NCBI GenBank assembly: GCA_951406725.2
Contig: OX597824.1
Location: 2,046,001-2,110,000 of the forward strand
Length of the DNA stretch: 64,000 bases
Direction of reading: 5' to 3'
From: Octopus vulgaris
Lineage: Eukaryota
Of the stretch, positions 26,593-40,706 are shown one piece after another. Numbering within the stretch: position 1 is the first letter of the stretch; each line of letters opens with the position of its first letter. The translations under genes were made by a program, and so were the position numbers. The notes below the pieces were generated by a model, which made no database searches, was not told the origin of the DNA, and saw only the letters and a list, made by a program, of their open reading frames with translations.

Positions 26593-26843
26593 GTGCGCGC
26601 GTGTGTGTGTGTGTGTGTGTGCGCGTTTATATCTGAGAGTGAAGAAGTGTTATTTCCGTTGGTCTGCTGGACCGCCTGTGGTTTTATAAGAACTTTGGCC
26701 GTCCATTTCGATGTCACTGAGTGTGTGTTGTGCGTAGGTTGGCCTGGCAAATGTCATTTGGGGTCACACTTTCTATGATCATTCTTCACTTCTTCACTCT
26801 CAGATATAAACGCGCACACACACACACACACACACGCGCGCAC

Positions 26844-26874
<31 letters not shown>

Positions 26875-27108
26875 TACACATACACACATTTTTTCTCTGT
26901 CTCACTTCCTCCTCACCCACTACTACGAAACTATAAAATGTTCAAACTCCCCACAACTTTGATTTGAAAAGCCCACTAGAATGGGAGCAAGCGCTAATCC
27001 GAAATCCGAATGATATGATATGATATATATGTAAAAAATGTAATATATAAATAAATATCTACAAATATGAACCATCTGATCTGATTACCTCAATTTTTCT
27101 AATATATA
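26320..27108. repeat. Long near-perfect inverted repeat (arms about 330/322 bp, 137-bp spacer)
   Basis: 26320-26649 is the reverse complement of 26787-27108, including an internal compound (TG)n tract; differences are essentially repeat-unit or homopolymer indels. Adjacent to (TA)n. Confidence 0.95.
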
Positions 27109-27135
27109 ATACCTGTGCATCATCTCCAAACCTTC

Positions 27136-27204
<69 letters not shown>

Positions 27205-29954
27205 ACGTTACAATAAGTTATGAATTTTCGAGACAACTAAAATAATTAATTTTGTAAAATTCTATAAATAACCATGTATATATTAATTTCAAAACACCTT
27301 ATCAATAAAATAAGTCGAAGGTTGCCGTTCCTGGAGACAGGACAGAAGTCGTTCTACCTTTGGAACAAAGCAATTCTTCGAAAATTTACACCCATTTTAG
27401 AAAGTTTCTTCTCACCAGATTGTCGACGTTATAAGACTTTAAAATATTACGAGAGAATGAGAAATAATTGCTTTTTGGAATGGATCTCTGTACACAAATT
27501 TGTTCCAATTAATAGCACGAATAATTACAATTAATAGCAAGCATAAACAATTGACGTTCCGGTAGATTCGAACGTGATTCTGTTTCTTGCCAAAGGATAA
27601 CTTCTTTCAGATGACTGCTTTGTCACAACTTAGTTGATTCATTCGCATAAGAGAGTTTTGAACCACTTGTGCCTTGTCAACCAAAGCCATCCCCGGTCTA
27701 CTGAATCTAACAAAGTTTTGTGGCTCTTGATTATAACTCAACAAATAAGTTATTTACTGATCCGGTATGAACACAGATTCCTCCATTTATGAGAAACAAC
27801 ATTGATTAGCATATTTAAGTTGAAAGCTGCCGGAAGGAAATCAGAATGAATATTTAACTCACTGTTTTTATTCTAGCTGTTTACTGTGCGCATGTCTACA
27901 TGTATGTGTGGGTGGGTGTGTATACAAATAGGGAGAGAGAGAGGGAGAGAGAGAGGGAGAGAGAGAGAGAGAGATGATAATCACACACATATACATCGAA
28001 TATTTGGAATGCAATTTCAATTTTGTGAAATATTCTACCCAAAACCTAATGAAACATAACCAAATCTGAAAGGTCTTTAATATTACACTCCACTGATTTT
28101 GATGTCCACAGCTCTTATTGTGTTAAACAAAATATATAATAACAAATACAAAACAAGTTCTCGAAAAAATAGTTTTCCGAAAGAAGAACATCAAATCCTG
28201 AAATCTCGCGCTAGCAATTGTGATGCTGGCTGTAATTGATTTATGTATAAATCCGTAATGCAATTTAAATAGGTTTTTGGTTTTTACATCCATCGTATAT
28301 TATATTATCGGAGAACGTTGAATCATTTACACAAAATAAATAAATAGACAAATAAATGTACGTATAAATACATTTCTGTGTTTGATTTGGATGTTTGATA
28401 ACCAGAGAAGGCAAATAAGGAGAGCATACGAAAGTTGAGATGGAAAGAAAAGGTTGTCATGTTTTGAGATTTCCAGTCCTGAGACGAAAGATAAATATGG
28501 CAGATATGTAAATGTCAGCATAGCGAGTGTTTACTCAATATAATAAAGCAGTCTAGAAGATTTGATTCACATGTATCTATAACAAATCTATCTACAACAG
28601 AAGGTATTGTAGATTTGTTTAGATATACAAATATATAACCAGTGTTAATCTCATCATTATTTACAATACGATGATGAAGTGTATCAGTGCAAGAATCTAT
28701 TTACAGAAAAGATCGTGCTACGTGAGATTTTATTGAAGTATATCCTGTTGCTTATATATTTTGTTATATATTATTTAAGTTGCTTTTATTTCTCAAATAT
28801 GTTATATGTTGGACTATTTATACCGGATAAAATTGTACGTAAATGCAAGGACTATGGAGATTTCTGCTTGGAAGTAGTTAATGGATAGAAAAGGTTCCAA
28901 ATGTTGTTAGATGTTCGGCGGGAGAAATAAATAATAATACAAGATTTAATCAACGAAATGTCATTCCTGTACAGGTGTAAACACTGTTAGCACTAAATTG
29001 TAAGATGTTCAATCATTGTTAATAATAAAATACAATGAACATTTTCGGACATATTTCAAAAACCACAGCTATGATGATTTGTCGATATCATTCATGCACA
29101 AAAGTAGAAAGATTTCTTGGCGCACAAACTTCGATGACCTGCATTTATAATTTACCAGGGAATCAAAAGTGAGATTTCCTTTCAAAATAACTGGTTCTGT
29201 AGAGCTAATTGCTAGTAATATATCAACTTGTAACTGTAACAGTGGCATAAGGCTACATATTTTGGTGAGAAGTAGACTTTAGTATTAGACTTTACTTTAT
29301 TATTAACTAAAACCCAGGATGAGGAACGACAAAGTTTACTTCATATGGCATTTTCTTTGGTGTGCTAACGATTCTGCAAGTCTATGGCGACAAACTAACG
29401 GTAATATAAAGAAACCTTATGCATTATTAATTTACCTTATCATGTTTTGTGTGTCAGGATTCAGTCAAATATGTCTCCATCATACATCATACATAGAAAT
29501 CAATAAGTTATTTTATGGTGGAACATTATTTAAATATAATTCGAAAATAATAATTGAATTTACGTGATCATAATTTCAAGATTATATATAGATATGGGTG
29601 ACATGAAATGTCAAAATGTCTAGCATTATTCATTAGACTGTCTTTAATTTAATATGGCCTCCAGACTATAGTGTAATATCCTGTTGCCACTGATCTGGCT
29701 AGAGTTCAACACATGAGAAATAATTAATTCGAGGAAAATAAGCTTTTTCTAACACACACACACACGAGCGCGCGCACACACACACACATATATGTATGCT
29801 TGCATATTTTATTTGTGCATTAGTGGCTGCTATTGGTTTCATGTTAAGAAACTATCTAAACAATTATTCAAGCCGAGTGTAGAGACAAATATGTGTTCGT
29901 CTCCATATTGGATTAAAACACGAGAAAACACGGGAAGACAGGATAAAGACTCAC

Positions 29955-30201
29955 GAGAAGTTTTGATAAACAAGAACAACTCAAAGGAGAAGAATCTTGT
30001 CCAACCACTCTTGATTGATTATCTCCCTTGTGTTTGACTTTGGGGGGAAATGTTTCTGCCAGTGATATCTTGGGTAAGTGTAATATTCGTATGTTTGTGT
30101 GTTGATGAAGTTTACCATGAGAGCATGTGGCTTCTATGTATGCAGCTGAAAGAAGAGCCACCACGTAGTGCACCGATACTACTTGGATTAGTTTTTCTTC
30201 T
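29955..30201 (-). other. Candidate 247-nt exon
   Basis: Minus strand ..cgttcAG acceptor and GTGAGT donor; frame open throughout (EEKLIQVVSVHYVVALLSAAYIEATCSHGK..SCSCLSKLL). No recognisable domain. Confidence 0.25.
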
Positions 30202-30569
30202 CTGAACGTGAACATTAAATATATACGACATATTCAACCTCAGCAGATATTGAAATTTTCTAATGTCGGAAATGTACCAAGAAAGAAAACAACCATTTAA
30301 ATATACTAATTATAGCGAGTCATTATACAAGCTTTTTCGAAGATAACAAGATTCTTTGATTACCGGTAAAAGTGTTTCATTTAAAGGGCTGCAGTAAGTT
30401 CTCAAAAGGGAAAATATGTGTGGAAATCAGAACTCACATTTCATTCCAGACTAATACAAATGTCTCGTTTTCTGTTTTTAGAATGCTTTGGTAAAGTATG
30501 TTGCAAAATCCCATTTCCCCCAACAACAATGATATCAGCAAAGATTGTAGGATTCTTCCCTCTATAGTC

Positions 30570-30772
30570 GCAATGCCTGATATTTGTGTATGGGGCGCGG
30601 GGGTTAGTCTATTACATCGAACCCAAAGCCAAGCCGCTACTTATTTCAAAATCCTCGAAAGGATGAAAGGCAAAGTCGACCTCAACGGCATTTGAATGGT
30701 GATCGTAAAGACGGACGTTATGTTCTTTAGTAGTTTTCCGGCGCACCAACAGTTGCGCTTGCTCACAGCCTT
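30570..30772 (-). mobile_element. SINE family 1, diverged
   Basis: cgaaaggatgaaaggcaaagtcgacctcaacggcatttgaa core. Confidence 0.75.
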
Positions 30773-30899
30773 ATCAAAATATAATACAATGAAACTTGAG
30801 AGTGTTATATTTAATAGAAAATATAATTACACTGTAAAGACGTAGATTATAGATCGTTAATCTATGAAAGTTATTAACAAAGTATGTCAGAAATATATA

Positions 30900-31400
30900 C
30901 AATCATCCTTCACAACGGCAAGCTCTTGTCATTTTCTCCGACCCTGCACTTCCACGTTCTTAAATCTCGCCTCGAACTTTCTCCTCATTGCTGAAACCAT
31001 TCATTCCTTTAAACCGTTTCGCCTCTTCACGTAAGATCTATTAGTGTGTCCACCATCGTTGCCAACAATCACAAGATACGTCCAGATTATGCGAACATCT
31101 TTGCATGATATACTCAAAATACTAAAGCCAAGTTGCTTGTTTAATTTACAGGGCCAAACATGATCGATACGACGATGCTACATAAGTTACATTCTACTAT
31201 AGACTCTATACATTTCATGTTATTTTTCTTAACACATTCCATTAAATTTGGAATTTTTATATTTCCTTTCGACTCTCTGATATATTCTTCGGCAGCATGG
31301 TACCAATCTGTGAATTTTGCCTTTTCACTTCTATTCCTTATCAATCAAGAAACTTAATGCTACCATTTCTACTTGCCCTCTTTTAACTTTACTCATCTAG
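30900..31400 (-). pseudogene. Decayed RTE-like LINE ORF2 C-terminal remnant
   Basis: Minus-strand L*YFEYIMQR (cf. L.YFGHIMR) and a VQGRRK* end (cf. AQDR..W). Confidence 0.35.
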
Positions 31401-31520
31401 AATAACGAACCAAACGAACGTTCTTCTCCAAATAATGTATGACTTTTGCAATGTATGTATATATGTGTGAGTGTATGTATGTATATATATGTATGTGTGT
31501 GTAAACATATATACATATAT

Positions 31521-31574
<54 letters not shown>

Positions 31575-31759
31575 AAACATGCAATGTGCATATGCATATA
31601 TGTATATCTATCTATCTATCTGTATACTAATAGGATGCAAAGAATTCCACCGGCGACATAGCCTCACCATGAATATAACTAAGATGAATAATGATCAATA
31701 TCATTATCTACAGTCGGACGTCGCGACGATGACTGCTCATGGCTGTACCACGGCTTGAT

Positions 31760-32200
31760 ATGCTTTCTCCTTAGTTTTTTTTTTTTTTTGCTTCAGTTTG
31801 TCATCTCTTGTGATTAATTCCTTTCCACTTCATACTCCTTTTCGCAATATCTTTGAACGTCAGTCTAGGTCACCCAAGATTTCTTTCTATTTCCATAGTC
31901 GGGAGCAGAAGATTTATCTGAGGAGTCTGTTGTAGCCCATTATGTGTACGTGATGCTAATTTCTATCCATGAAGATTTCCGTCATTGGCGATAACCCAAC
32001 CGTAGGATTTTCTTATTCCTGATCTTGTCAAAGAGAGTGGTATCCATAATTCGTCGCATCCGTCTCATAATACGCACATGTAACCTGCCCAGTCGAGCTA
32101 TATAGACAGTCCAAAGTTCAGCTCCTCAAAGAAGGCAAGAAAGCACTGTAGCCTCGTATACCTTTCATTTGACGCATCTAGTTAACAAGCCTATTTGTCT
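31760..32200 (-). pseudogene. Decayed RTE-clade LINE ORF2 C-terminal remnant
   Basis: Minus-strand VLSCLL*GAELWTVY (cf. VL..LLYGAETWT.Y), followed by decayed downstream motifs. Confidence 0.55.
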
Positions 32201-32319
32201 ACAGTATTTTACCCAGGACTTCGAGACATATTCAAGGATACGATCCACAGGCAAGAGGTACAAGATGAATAATAAACCACACATGAAGCAAAGAAACACG
32301 TCGCCACCGTTTCCATCAG

Positions 32320-32375
32320 TACTGACTACTACTACTACTACTGCTTTCGTTTCCATCAGTACTGCAACTACTACA

Positions 32376-32430
<55 letters not shown>

Positions 32431-32432
32431 TT
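32320..32432. repeat. (ACT)n microsatellite
   Basis: Directly visible. Confidence 0.95.
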
Positions 32433-33359
32433 ACCTCCACCATATTTGTGACCAACAAGGGAGATAACACAAATACAATTAAGTGACTGGAAATCTTCCT
32501 TCACTGAAAACAATTATTCTGCTAAAATGTAGAAACCACTCCACCTCCAGCAACTCGATGGTGGTGTTTTAAACCAGCAGCCTTTGTGTACACGCGGAAC
32601 TATTTGCTTGCTTACGTGGGCGAAATGGAAGTAGCAGGCATCAAACTCCTTCATTGATATTATTGAAGTGAGAGAGGAAATGTTATTAAAATGTAATTCG
32701 ATCCGCACCATTCTATAAACAAGTAACTCAATTGGACAATATGTGGAGTCATACGCACTGATGCCCACGCATAAACACAGGACCAATAGATAAATGGTTT
32801 CAGGGGGAAAAGTTTCACCATCCACATCCGTCACAAATCCCATACCAGACACATACACGAATGCGAACACGCACACAGACATACATACACATCTACACAC
32901 AGGCACACAAACATGTTCTTTCTAATACATTTACAGAATTAGTGACATCGAACCTACACGGATCCTCGCATAAACACATGCACACTCATACTAAACAACG
33001 CACACACTCTATTTATTTCTCCCTCCCACATTCACGAACATTCTCCTTAACAATTAAACAACTGTTAAACTGAATATCAAAGAGATAGACAGATAGAGAG
33101 ACCTGAGGCAAAAGTGGGGTAGAGAGGGAATATCATTAAAGAGGTTGCGGTTGACGACGAAGGAATTCTCACATACAAAACTGGGTGATTGACTGATTAA
33201 TCAAATTATTAATCAGATAATCGATTAGATTGTTAAATACTGAAGCAATTACCGAATAACCAGAAAAAGTTAAATAGAACCTGAGCGCGTGTTTATTATG
33301 GGCAAAATAACCCTTCTCAGGTATAAAAATATCCTCACATACAGTCATATACAAATATA

Positions 33360-33500
33360 TACGCACGTCTACCAAATCCACTCACAATGCTTTGGTAGGC
33401 TCGAGGCAATAGTAAATGATACTAGTTCAATGTACCACGCTGTGGGATTGAACTCGAAACCATGTGGATAGGAAGGACGCTTCTTACCACAAAATTCTTG
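33360..33500 (-). mobile_element. SINE family 2, 5' part
   Basis: gtctaccaaatccactcacaa..ctcgaggcaatagta..ttgaactcgaaaccatgtgg..cttaccac. Confidence 0.8.
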
Positions 33501-34174
33501 CGTCTAGTTTTTAGTAAATAGCTTTTTACCTTGAGCTGAGACCTCTTCGAGTTTTTCTTCTCTTCTTTTTTGATAAACAAAATATAATTCAATTATAAAG
33601 GTTGGGCTGATCGACTGTGCAGCGTATATAAAATTCGATTATATCTGATAATGTAAGAAATCAATATTTGTATTCGATATTTTGAAGTGACTCTAGTGTA
33701 ATATTCGATTTTTCACCCTGCCGGTGACATTCCCGTCCCGCTGATACCAACAGTGGTGTACACTAAACATTTGAAAGCCAACCTCACATAAATTAGGAAA
33801 ATCTTCATAGGAAGAATATATAATTAAAATAGATATTCCTCTATACTTTAAGAGAGACGGAGTTCTTTTCAAAACTGTTGAATTAGGTGTCAATATTGAA
33901 CAAAAGCTATTCACAGTGGTAGGTGCCGTTAAATTTAAAGAAACAGTTTTTCCAATTACCAAAAATATTTCTTCGGGGAAAAATTGAAGATGCATTTATA
34001 ATTCACATGCAAACATCTGTGCGCGCGCGCGCGCGTGTGTGTGTGCGTACGTGTGTTGGTGTGGGTGTTGGTGTATGTATATTATACATATATATAGTAG
34101 GACATGTGATTTTGTGACTGCTCTTTCTAAAGCGGCTAGAAGTGGCTTCCCCTTGAGACGGTAGGTTTAGATCA

Positions 34175-34312
34175 AAGCAGCAAAGAAAAGGCAAACTGTT
34201 TAGCAAGACTTGACAAGGACATTTAATTTAGTTATTTAAACTACTCGTTATTCAGCTAAATTAAATGCCCTTGTCAATTCTTGCTACACTGTTTGCTTTT
34301 TCTTTTCTGCTT
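34175..34312. repeat. Imperfect hairpin/MITE-like inverted repeat (arms about 59 bp)
   Basis: aagcagcaaagaaaaggcaaactgtttagcaagacttgacaaggacatttaatttagtt pairs with agctaaattaaatgcccttgtcaattcttgctacactgtttgctttttcttttctgctt. Confidence 0.85.
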
Positions 34313-36354
34313 CACTCTAGACCAAATATAAATACATTAGTGGGAGAAATGGCGATCTTAAAGACACTTCGTGAAACAAATGGAATTTCCTGAACGATGA
34401 ATGGAAAAACGTGCCCTTTGTAGTAACTTACGGTTCCTTTGAAAACTAGTATTTTGACAATACTATTATCCATAGAATAACGCAGTAAGCAGTATAGAGG
34501 AGGTATCACTCATAATCTAACAAATGCTATTCAACATCTGTACTTAAAATTTGCGACGAACACATTTTATTTATAAGAAGGAATGCAAGTAAATTGTAGC
34601 CCCAGGCTGAGTAAGCAGGTGTAAACATAGAGTCAAGTCGGAAAAGTAGGCCTAACCTTGAGTATTACGTTCGACAGTGCACTGTACCGACGAAAAGGCC
34701 TTTAGCATTGAGAATACTGAAGTTAATAACCGCATCAAGATTGCACCACTTCTTGGAATATCACGTATGCAAAAGTAATTACAAATTTATAACAACAGCA
34801 CCCATACATTATATCTATTTTAATAAACCTATGTATATATGTATATATATATATATATATTCATTTCCCTTTAGAATAATACATAGCTACATAAAAGAGA
34901 TAACTATATACATAGATTCTTTGGTAAAAGGTTGTGTGTGGGTGCTTGTGAGAGTATGTCGAGGGAGGTTGCCGTGGTCTGTTTATAGACTGCGTATTAT
35001 CAACTATTTATGAGTCCATTAACTTTCGCGAAGACAGCATTTCATCAGTTATGAAACTATTATAGAACCTTCGATATATTCAATGTACGCATTTTATATT
35101 GCTTTTTCGTCGGCTTAGAATTCTATTGTCCGTTACATGAATTTACATATTAAATCTTAATACAATACCGGCATATTGCTTGTCATAAACTATCGATCTC
35201 ACAAGAAAAACTCAGTAGAGAAATAAGATTACTGTAATATTAAAATCTTCCTTATATGTATGTGTCAAAGGGTGTGTCAGCTTATTAAGATGTGTGTCTG
35301 TGCACGCATCTGTACGACTGTGACTGAACGTTTATAGGCTGGAAAATATTCGTTAAGTCAATGTTTGTACATACAAGTGCGTTTGTTTTCAGTCAGTTTA
35401 TTTGTACTGGTATGTCTGTTGTGCTTGCTGTTGTAGTGTGTATGAAGCATTAGTATTGCGTATGTATATGCGTGTGTGTGTTGCTCATATGTGTGTGTGT
35501 GTGTGTGTGTGTGCGGTTAGAATTTGTACATAGCTAACCAACAACGATATCCATGCCCCTCAGATGACCGAACCCGCAATGCCCTAAATCATTAATATTT
35601 ATCGGTCAAATGTTCCCCTAATCGACGCTAATTGTCAGGTTCGTTTCTGCGATGATTGTCTGCTATTTGCCTCGCTGGTCTGTGCTCTTTCTTCAAATTC
35701 TGCCAAAAGGATCTTTGCCGTTCGGCGTTTCTAGAGCAATATAAAAAGTATTATTTCTCCGCATTTATACGTTCTCTTACTCTCCCTGTTTTTTCTCTCC
35801 TTCTTTCCCTTTCACTCTCTTTCTCCCCCTTCTTTCTAGTGTTCTTTCCCTTCGCAAGAAATCAGTTCTACTTCGATCTGTGGAGGAATGGTTTCTGCCA
35901 TGTTTAAGCTGGGTCATATGTCGTCTGTGCTCTAAAAACCAAGATAACGACCGAATACCTCCATTACGAGTCAAAACAATGAGCCGTAGAATCAAATCAT
36001 AATACAAGATTGTTAATCTTCTTTCTGTCAACACCTCATATGCAAGATCTCTTCCCTAAAACGGAGGATCGTCTCATCCGACGAAGGAATCACTCTACAA
36101 ACAACTGTTAGATTTGTAATACTTTGGTTCAACCACTTTAAACCTTCATATTGGATCTTTTTCTATGCAAACGTATATACCTTCTTGCTTTTGCGTTTCA
36201 TGTATTTGATATACTTTGTACATTGACCTGCCTAACATACTTATCCTTACATTTACTTCTCTACCCGCTCAAGTTTAACCCTTTGGAGCACAACTAAGTG
36301 TATTCTATACGGAGAATATCTGATTCTCATCTATGAACTGTGAACCATAATATA

Positions 36355-36418
<64 letters not shown>

Positions 36419-38733
36419 TGTGCATGTTTGCGCGTACGTGTGTATGCGTGTGAGTGTGCGTAGGCATTATCGTTGGCTTCTCGTTTTTTTCCTCTCATTT
36501 CCTTTTTTTCTGAATCTTCGTTAGGTTGCAAATTCATATGCACTGATTGTGGTCTCCTTTCTTGAGACGGTCGGCGTTTATAGTAATCACCAAAAGCTAT
36601 GCCTGAGTCGTCGTGTGTATCGCATACAATCTGCGGGGGTTTTTTGGTATCTGAAGCTTATTTCAATTTGATTCACTCCTGTCTTCTTAGCATGTCTTCA
36701 CGATAAATTGTTGCAGTCTATATCTACCATGGCAATATTCCATGGCGTTGATGACGACGTATATATTGGTATATTTATAATCATGTGACTGAATTACTAA
36801 ATCCTTGTGTGTCGATTTTGCCGCTATCAGAAACCTCTGGCAGACGGTGATTTTATGAACAAAGTGCGTTATTTAAACTAAATAAAGAAGTAGCCATTTC
36901 TGTAATGTTCATACAGCTGTACTAGTTGTCAAACCATTTAACTTTCATTTGAAATGATTGATACAAGTAGAAAAAGAAACTGTAAATTAGGTAAACCCTG
37001 CTGCTCAAATCCATGACGTTATTGTAAATTAGACATTAGCAGAATTCAATATTTCCCAGGATATTTGCTGGCAGCACATCCGTCTTGATATCGCTGTTTT
37101 GTACAAATTTAAGTAAATAAATTATGAAGAATTTGCTTTCTAACAATTGATATTGACAACTAAATTTGAAGAGAGCTGAGAAAACCGTTTTATGGGTATT
37201 CGATATTGTAGAAATCAAATCGCCATCAAATTGCATCCGATAGGTTTTTGTGTTTAACTTAATCATTTTTTGTACTTAAATTACATTGAATAATGTAATT
37301 TTAGTATTACATAGTTGGCATCAAGACGGGTAGATATTGCAGGAGGGATTTTGTTTAGTCTAATCGCATTCAACGTTTTTCCTTTACAAATGGAAAGGGA
37401 CATATTGAATAACGTACCTTACGTAGAAACAAAAACGCTTTTCATAAAGTCGGGAAGATGGTCATAAAAGAAAAGTTCTTGTTAGCAGATCTATTCCAGA
37501 AGCGTTCACCAAGAATAATCAATTACGAACATTATTAGTAAACGACGGTTCCCCACATTACTGCTAAATTGTAATTCCCCCATCCCGCTAGCGTTAGAAA
37601 TTCTTTGATCCTTCTGTATGGTTCTTTCTGGAGAATTGCGTGTTTCATGGGATCAAATAGATTTAATGTAGTGGAGTAAATTGTATCTACCAAACCTTTT
37701 CCAAAATATAGCAAACACTAATTTGTCCTACCACAAAATATAAGAGAACCACACACACACATACAAACAAGTATGCACGCACGTACACACGCGCATACAC
37801 CCACTCGGACACACACGGACTCACAGACATCTTCGCAGACACAGATACACAACGTTATACGATCACAGGAAATTACATACATTCAAACAGACTCTTATAT
37901 ATTCACATGTAGAGATACATAAACACGTAAACGATTTTGATGGTTGTATCATTACTTGCCTATCTAAATAACATGAATATGATGCTAAAACATAGAGATC
38001 CCACTGAAGCTAGAGAACTATAATACCAGCATAGAAAGAAAATCCTATGCTCCCTAAATCAGTCATGCAATGCCGTAGCAATTATAAAGGGGACGGAGGC
38101 CTTCCCCGTAAATAAAAGTCCTGCTCCTAACCTCAATACATCAGTATGGTGAAAGTATAATACTACTTTATATTATCGTTATTCTGTCAACAAATGAAAA
38201 AAAGGGCTGAAATTTAGGAAGTTTTGGAGTCACATTTGAATATCAAATACATGAGGTACAAATTCAGTCTCAATTTGAAGAGTTTTAAACTATGTCATTA
38301 ATGGAATTAAAATCTGAGTCTCACATTATCTTAAGTGACATTTTATACCAACAAATCTAAACAAACAGTCAGTTTTAATTGCTAAAGTAAATGAAGCACC
38401 TGTTCTCAGTAAGCAGGTGGCTACGGGTTTTAATTTATTTTAAAATTATCAATATTTAACACACTTCCAGGTTTTCGGTAGTTATTAAATCGCAGGAACG
38501 AAACCAGTCTGAATAAAATAGTAATACAATATGTTGGCTTAAATGATATTCTGCACAAAGACACAACCCTTTGCTGCTGTCACGATTATATAATAGCATG
38601 AATTTTCTCCCAGTTGTCCATTTGACGATTGCTAGAGCAAGTTACCAGATGAAAACAAGAAACTTAAAGTCATGCAAGATTAGATTCTTCATGAGAATCA
38701 AAACGTAACCTTTGAGTCACCCATACACATTAT

Positions 38734-38821
<88 letters not shown>

Positions 38822-38930
38822 TATATGTATGTATGTATGTATATATGTATGTATGTATGTATGTATGAATGTATGTATGTATGTATGTATGTATATGTAT
38901 TATATATGTCTGTATATGAACACACGCATG

Positions 38931-38963
<33 letters not shown>

Positions 38964-39550
38964 GTATTTATGTATGTGTATGCGTGTTACAGCGTGTGCA
39001 TGCTTGTAGAAAAGGAGTGGAAATGGTAGCGGAAGTTAAGTAACTTTCAGAGATAAATATGATTTATAATACATCAGTTGACAGGAAATCACTTAAAACG
39101 ATATTGAAAATGTGTATCGAACAGTTATCGGGGAAAAAATATTTTAAAAACTTGTGGAAAACATTTAAAAAAGCAAGAGTTAACAACTATAGTGTCTTAG
39201 AATACCATTAGTGATCAATAATTGAAAATGGAAAGCCTTTGGGAAGAGGTCTGTGAAAGATCTAATCGTGTGGGAGCCGGTGTCTCGTGTCGTTTTATGT
39301 AAATTTCAATAAATATCTTTTCAATTTGTTTACTTAAAACTGATGAGTAAATGTAATAGGGATATTTCACTGGTACAACAATATTTGGAAATACGTTGAC
39401 AGAGCGGTAATGCGTTTAATTTCCCCAAATATCTGACATTGTCACGCAATGAATATGATTCAAAAAGTGTGTGTATATGTATGTGTGTGCCTATATGTGT
39501 GTGCCTATGTATATATGTATGTAGGCATACAGACTTATACATAAAAACAT

Positions 39551-39780
39551 ATACGAGATGGTATGAAAAGGTTCCCGGACATATTATGTTTAATAAAAAA
39601 AGAATTACCTAAGTTTTAACATGATCTCTTTCGAAATAGTCACCTTGCGCAGCAAAACCCCGGTCCAAGCATTCCTGGCACTTCTCGAATCTGGCCTGAA
39701 AGTCATTTTCTATAACGAGTGCGAGTGCGATTCGCTCTTGATCTCGACGACGGTGTTAAAACGGCGACCATTCACTTTCC
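39551..39780 (-). mobile_element. Mariner 3' end fragment
   Basis: Minus strand ENDFQARFEKCQECLD..AAQGDYFE (mariner C-terminus), ending in a TIR-like tacgagatggtatgaaaaggttcccggac. Confidence 0.7.
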
Positions 39781-39970
39781 TCCTGTTTCATGCTGGTACT
39801 CATGCCGAACGCTTTACATGCAACAGGAAACGTATGTATATATATGTTTTTTGTACTTAATTCTACTATTTTTATAGTATTTCATTCATTTATTTGTTTC
39901 TCTCACTTGGCCACGGTCCACTTGGTCGGGAAAACGAGGATACAAACAAACAAATATATATATGTGCGTG

Positions 39971-40047
<77 letters not shown>

Positions 40048-40053
40048 GTGTGC

Positions 40054-40281
40054 GATGAGTGCGTAGCCTTTTGGAAGATTGACTTGATTAAGTTTAATTT
40101 CATTTAATCAGGCTGGTTTGCCATTAAAAAACGCCGAAACAATGCATTGTCTAAAGATGAATAGGGTAAATGTTTTTTTAATTTTCCTTAAATTTCGGAA
40201 TTATAACTATTTGCGGTTGGAGTCCTGGCTGCTCTTTCTAGTGGGTCGAACGGCCTATTGAGGCCATTCCTCAATTGTTGT

Positions 40282-40283
<2 letters not shown>
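40054..40283 (+). mobile_element. Diverged copy of the HHR element at 41072-41322, 5'-truncated by microsatellite
   Basis: Colinear similarity (agattgacttgatt..ttaatcaggctggtttgccattaaa..agggtaaatgttttttaatttt..ttctagtggg..ggcctatt). Retains GATGA..gcgt/acgc..GAAA-caa-tgca-ttg-TC. Confidence 0.85.
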
Positions 40284-40322
<39 letters not shown>

Positions 40323-40329
40323 CGCAGAT

Positions 40330-40620
40330 GGGGTATTATATATTGCTGTGGTGACGGCAAACCTTCAAGGAGAGGTCAAACTCTGATATAAAACCAGCTC
40401 TCTGACTGCTGAGGTTTCCTGTAACAAAGCTGTAATGTAAGAAAGCTCTGATTCATAGTGTAGACTAGACTCCCTAGCTTGTTTATAGCAGATTATCTAG
40501 GAGGTGGCCAATCTGAAGAAAAAGCCTGAAGTGTGTCGTTCTAGGTATTGTGGCAAATATGTGCGTCATATTCATGCTACCATCACTTCCAAAGTGTGTG
40601 GCTGGTTCTACACAAGGCAT
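40330..40620 (+). mobile_element. Possible RTE-like LINE 5' UTR fragment
   Basis: gacggcaaaccttcaaggagaggtcaaactctgatataaaacc resembles the ggcaacc..aggagaaggaaaactctga..aaacc motif I recall from RTE 5' ends; between (TA)n tracts. Confidence 0.35.
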
Positions 40621-40647
40621 TACTATATAAACCAATATATATATAAA

Positions 40648-40706
<59 letters not shown>

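Noticed and set aside
26960-27015. TTGAAAA..GAAA in the arm of the 26.3-27.1 kb inverted repeat as a hammerhead
   Set aside because: Stem II does not close on GAAA, and stems I/III and the UH site are absent.
29316-29400. Plus-strand exon-like segment with signal-peptide-like FTSYGIFFGVLTILQVYG
   Set aside because: That frame begins with a stop, the acceptor is weak, and part of the sequence resembles a SINE head fragment.
31141-31344. Protein-like 67-aa ORF (FTDWYHAAEEY..)
   Set aside because: Continues into decayed RTE-like motifs; better explained as LINE debris than a host exon.
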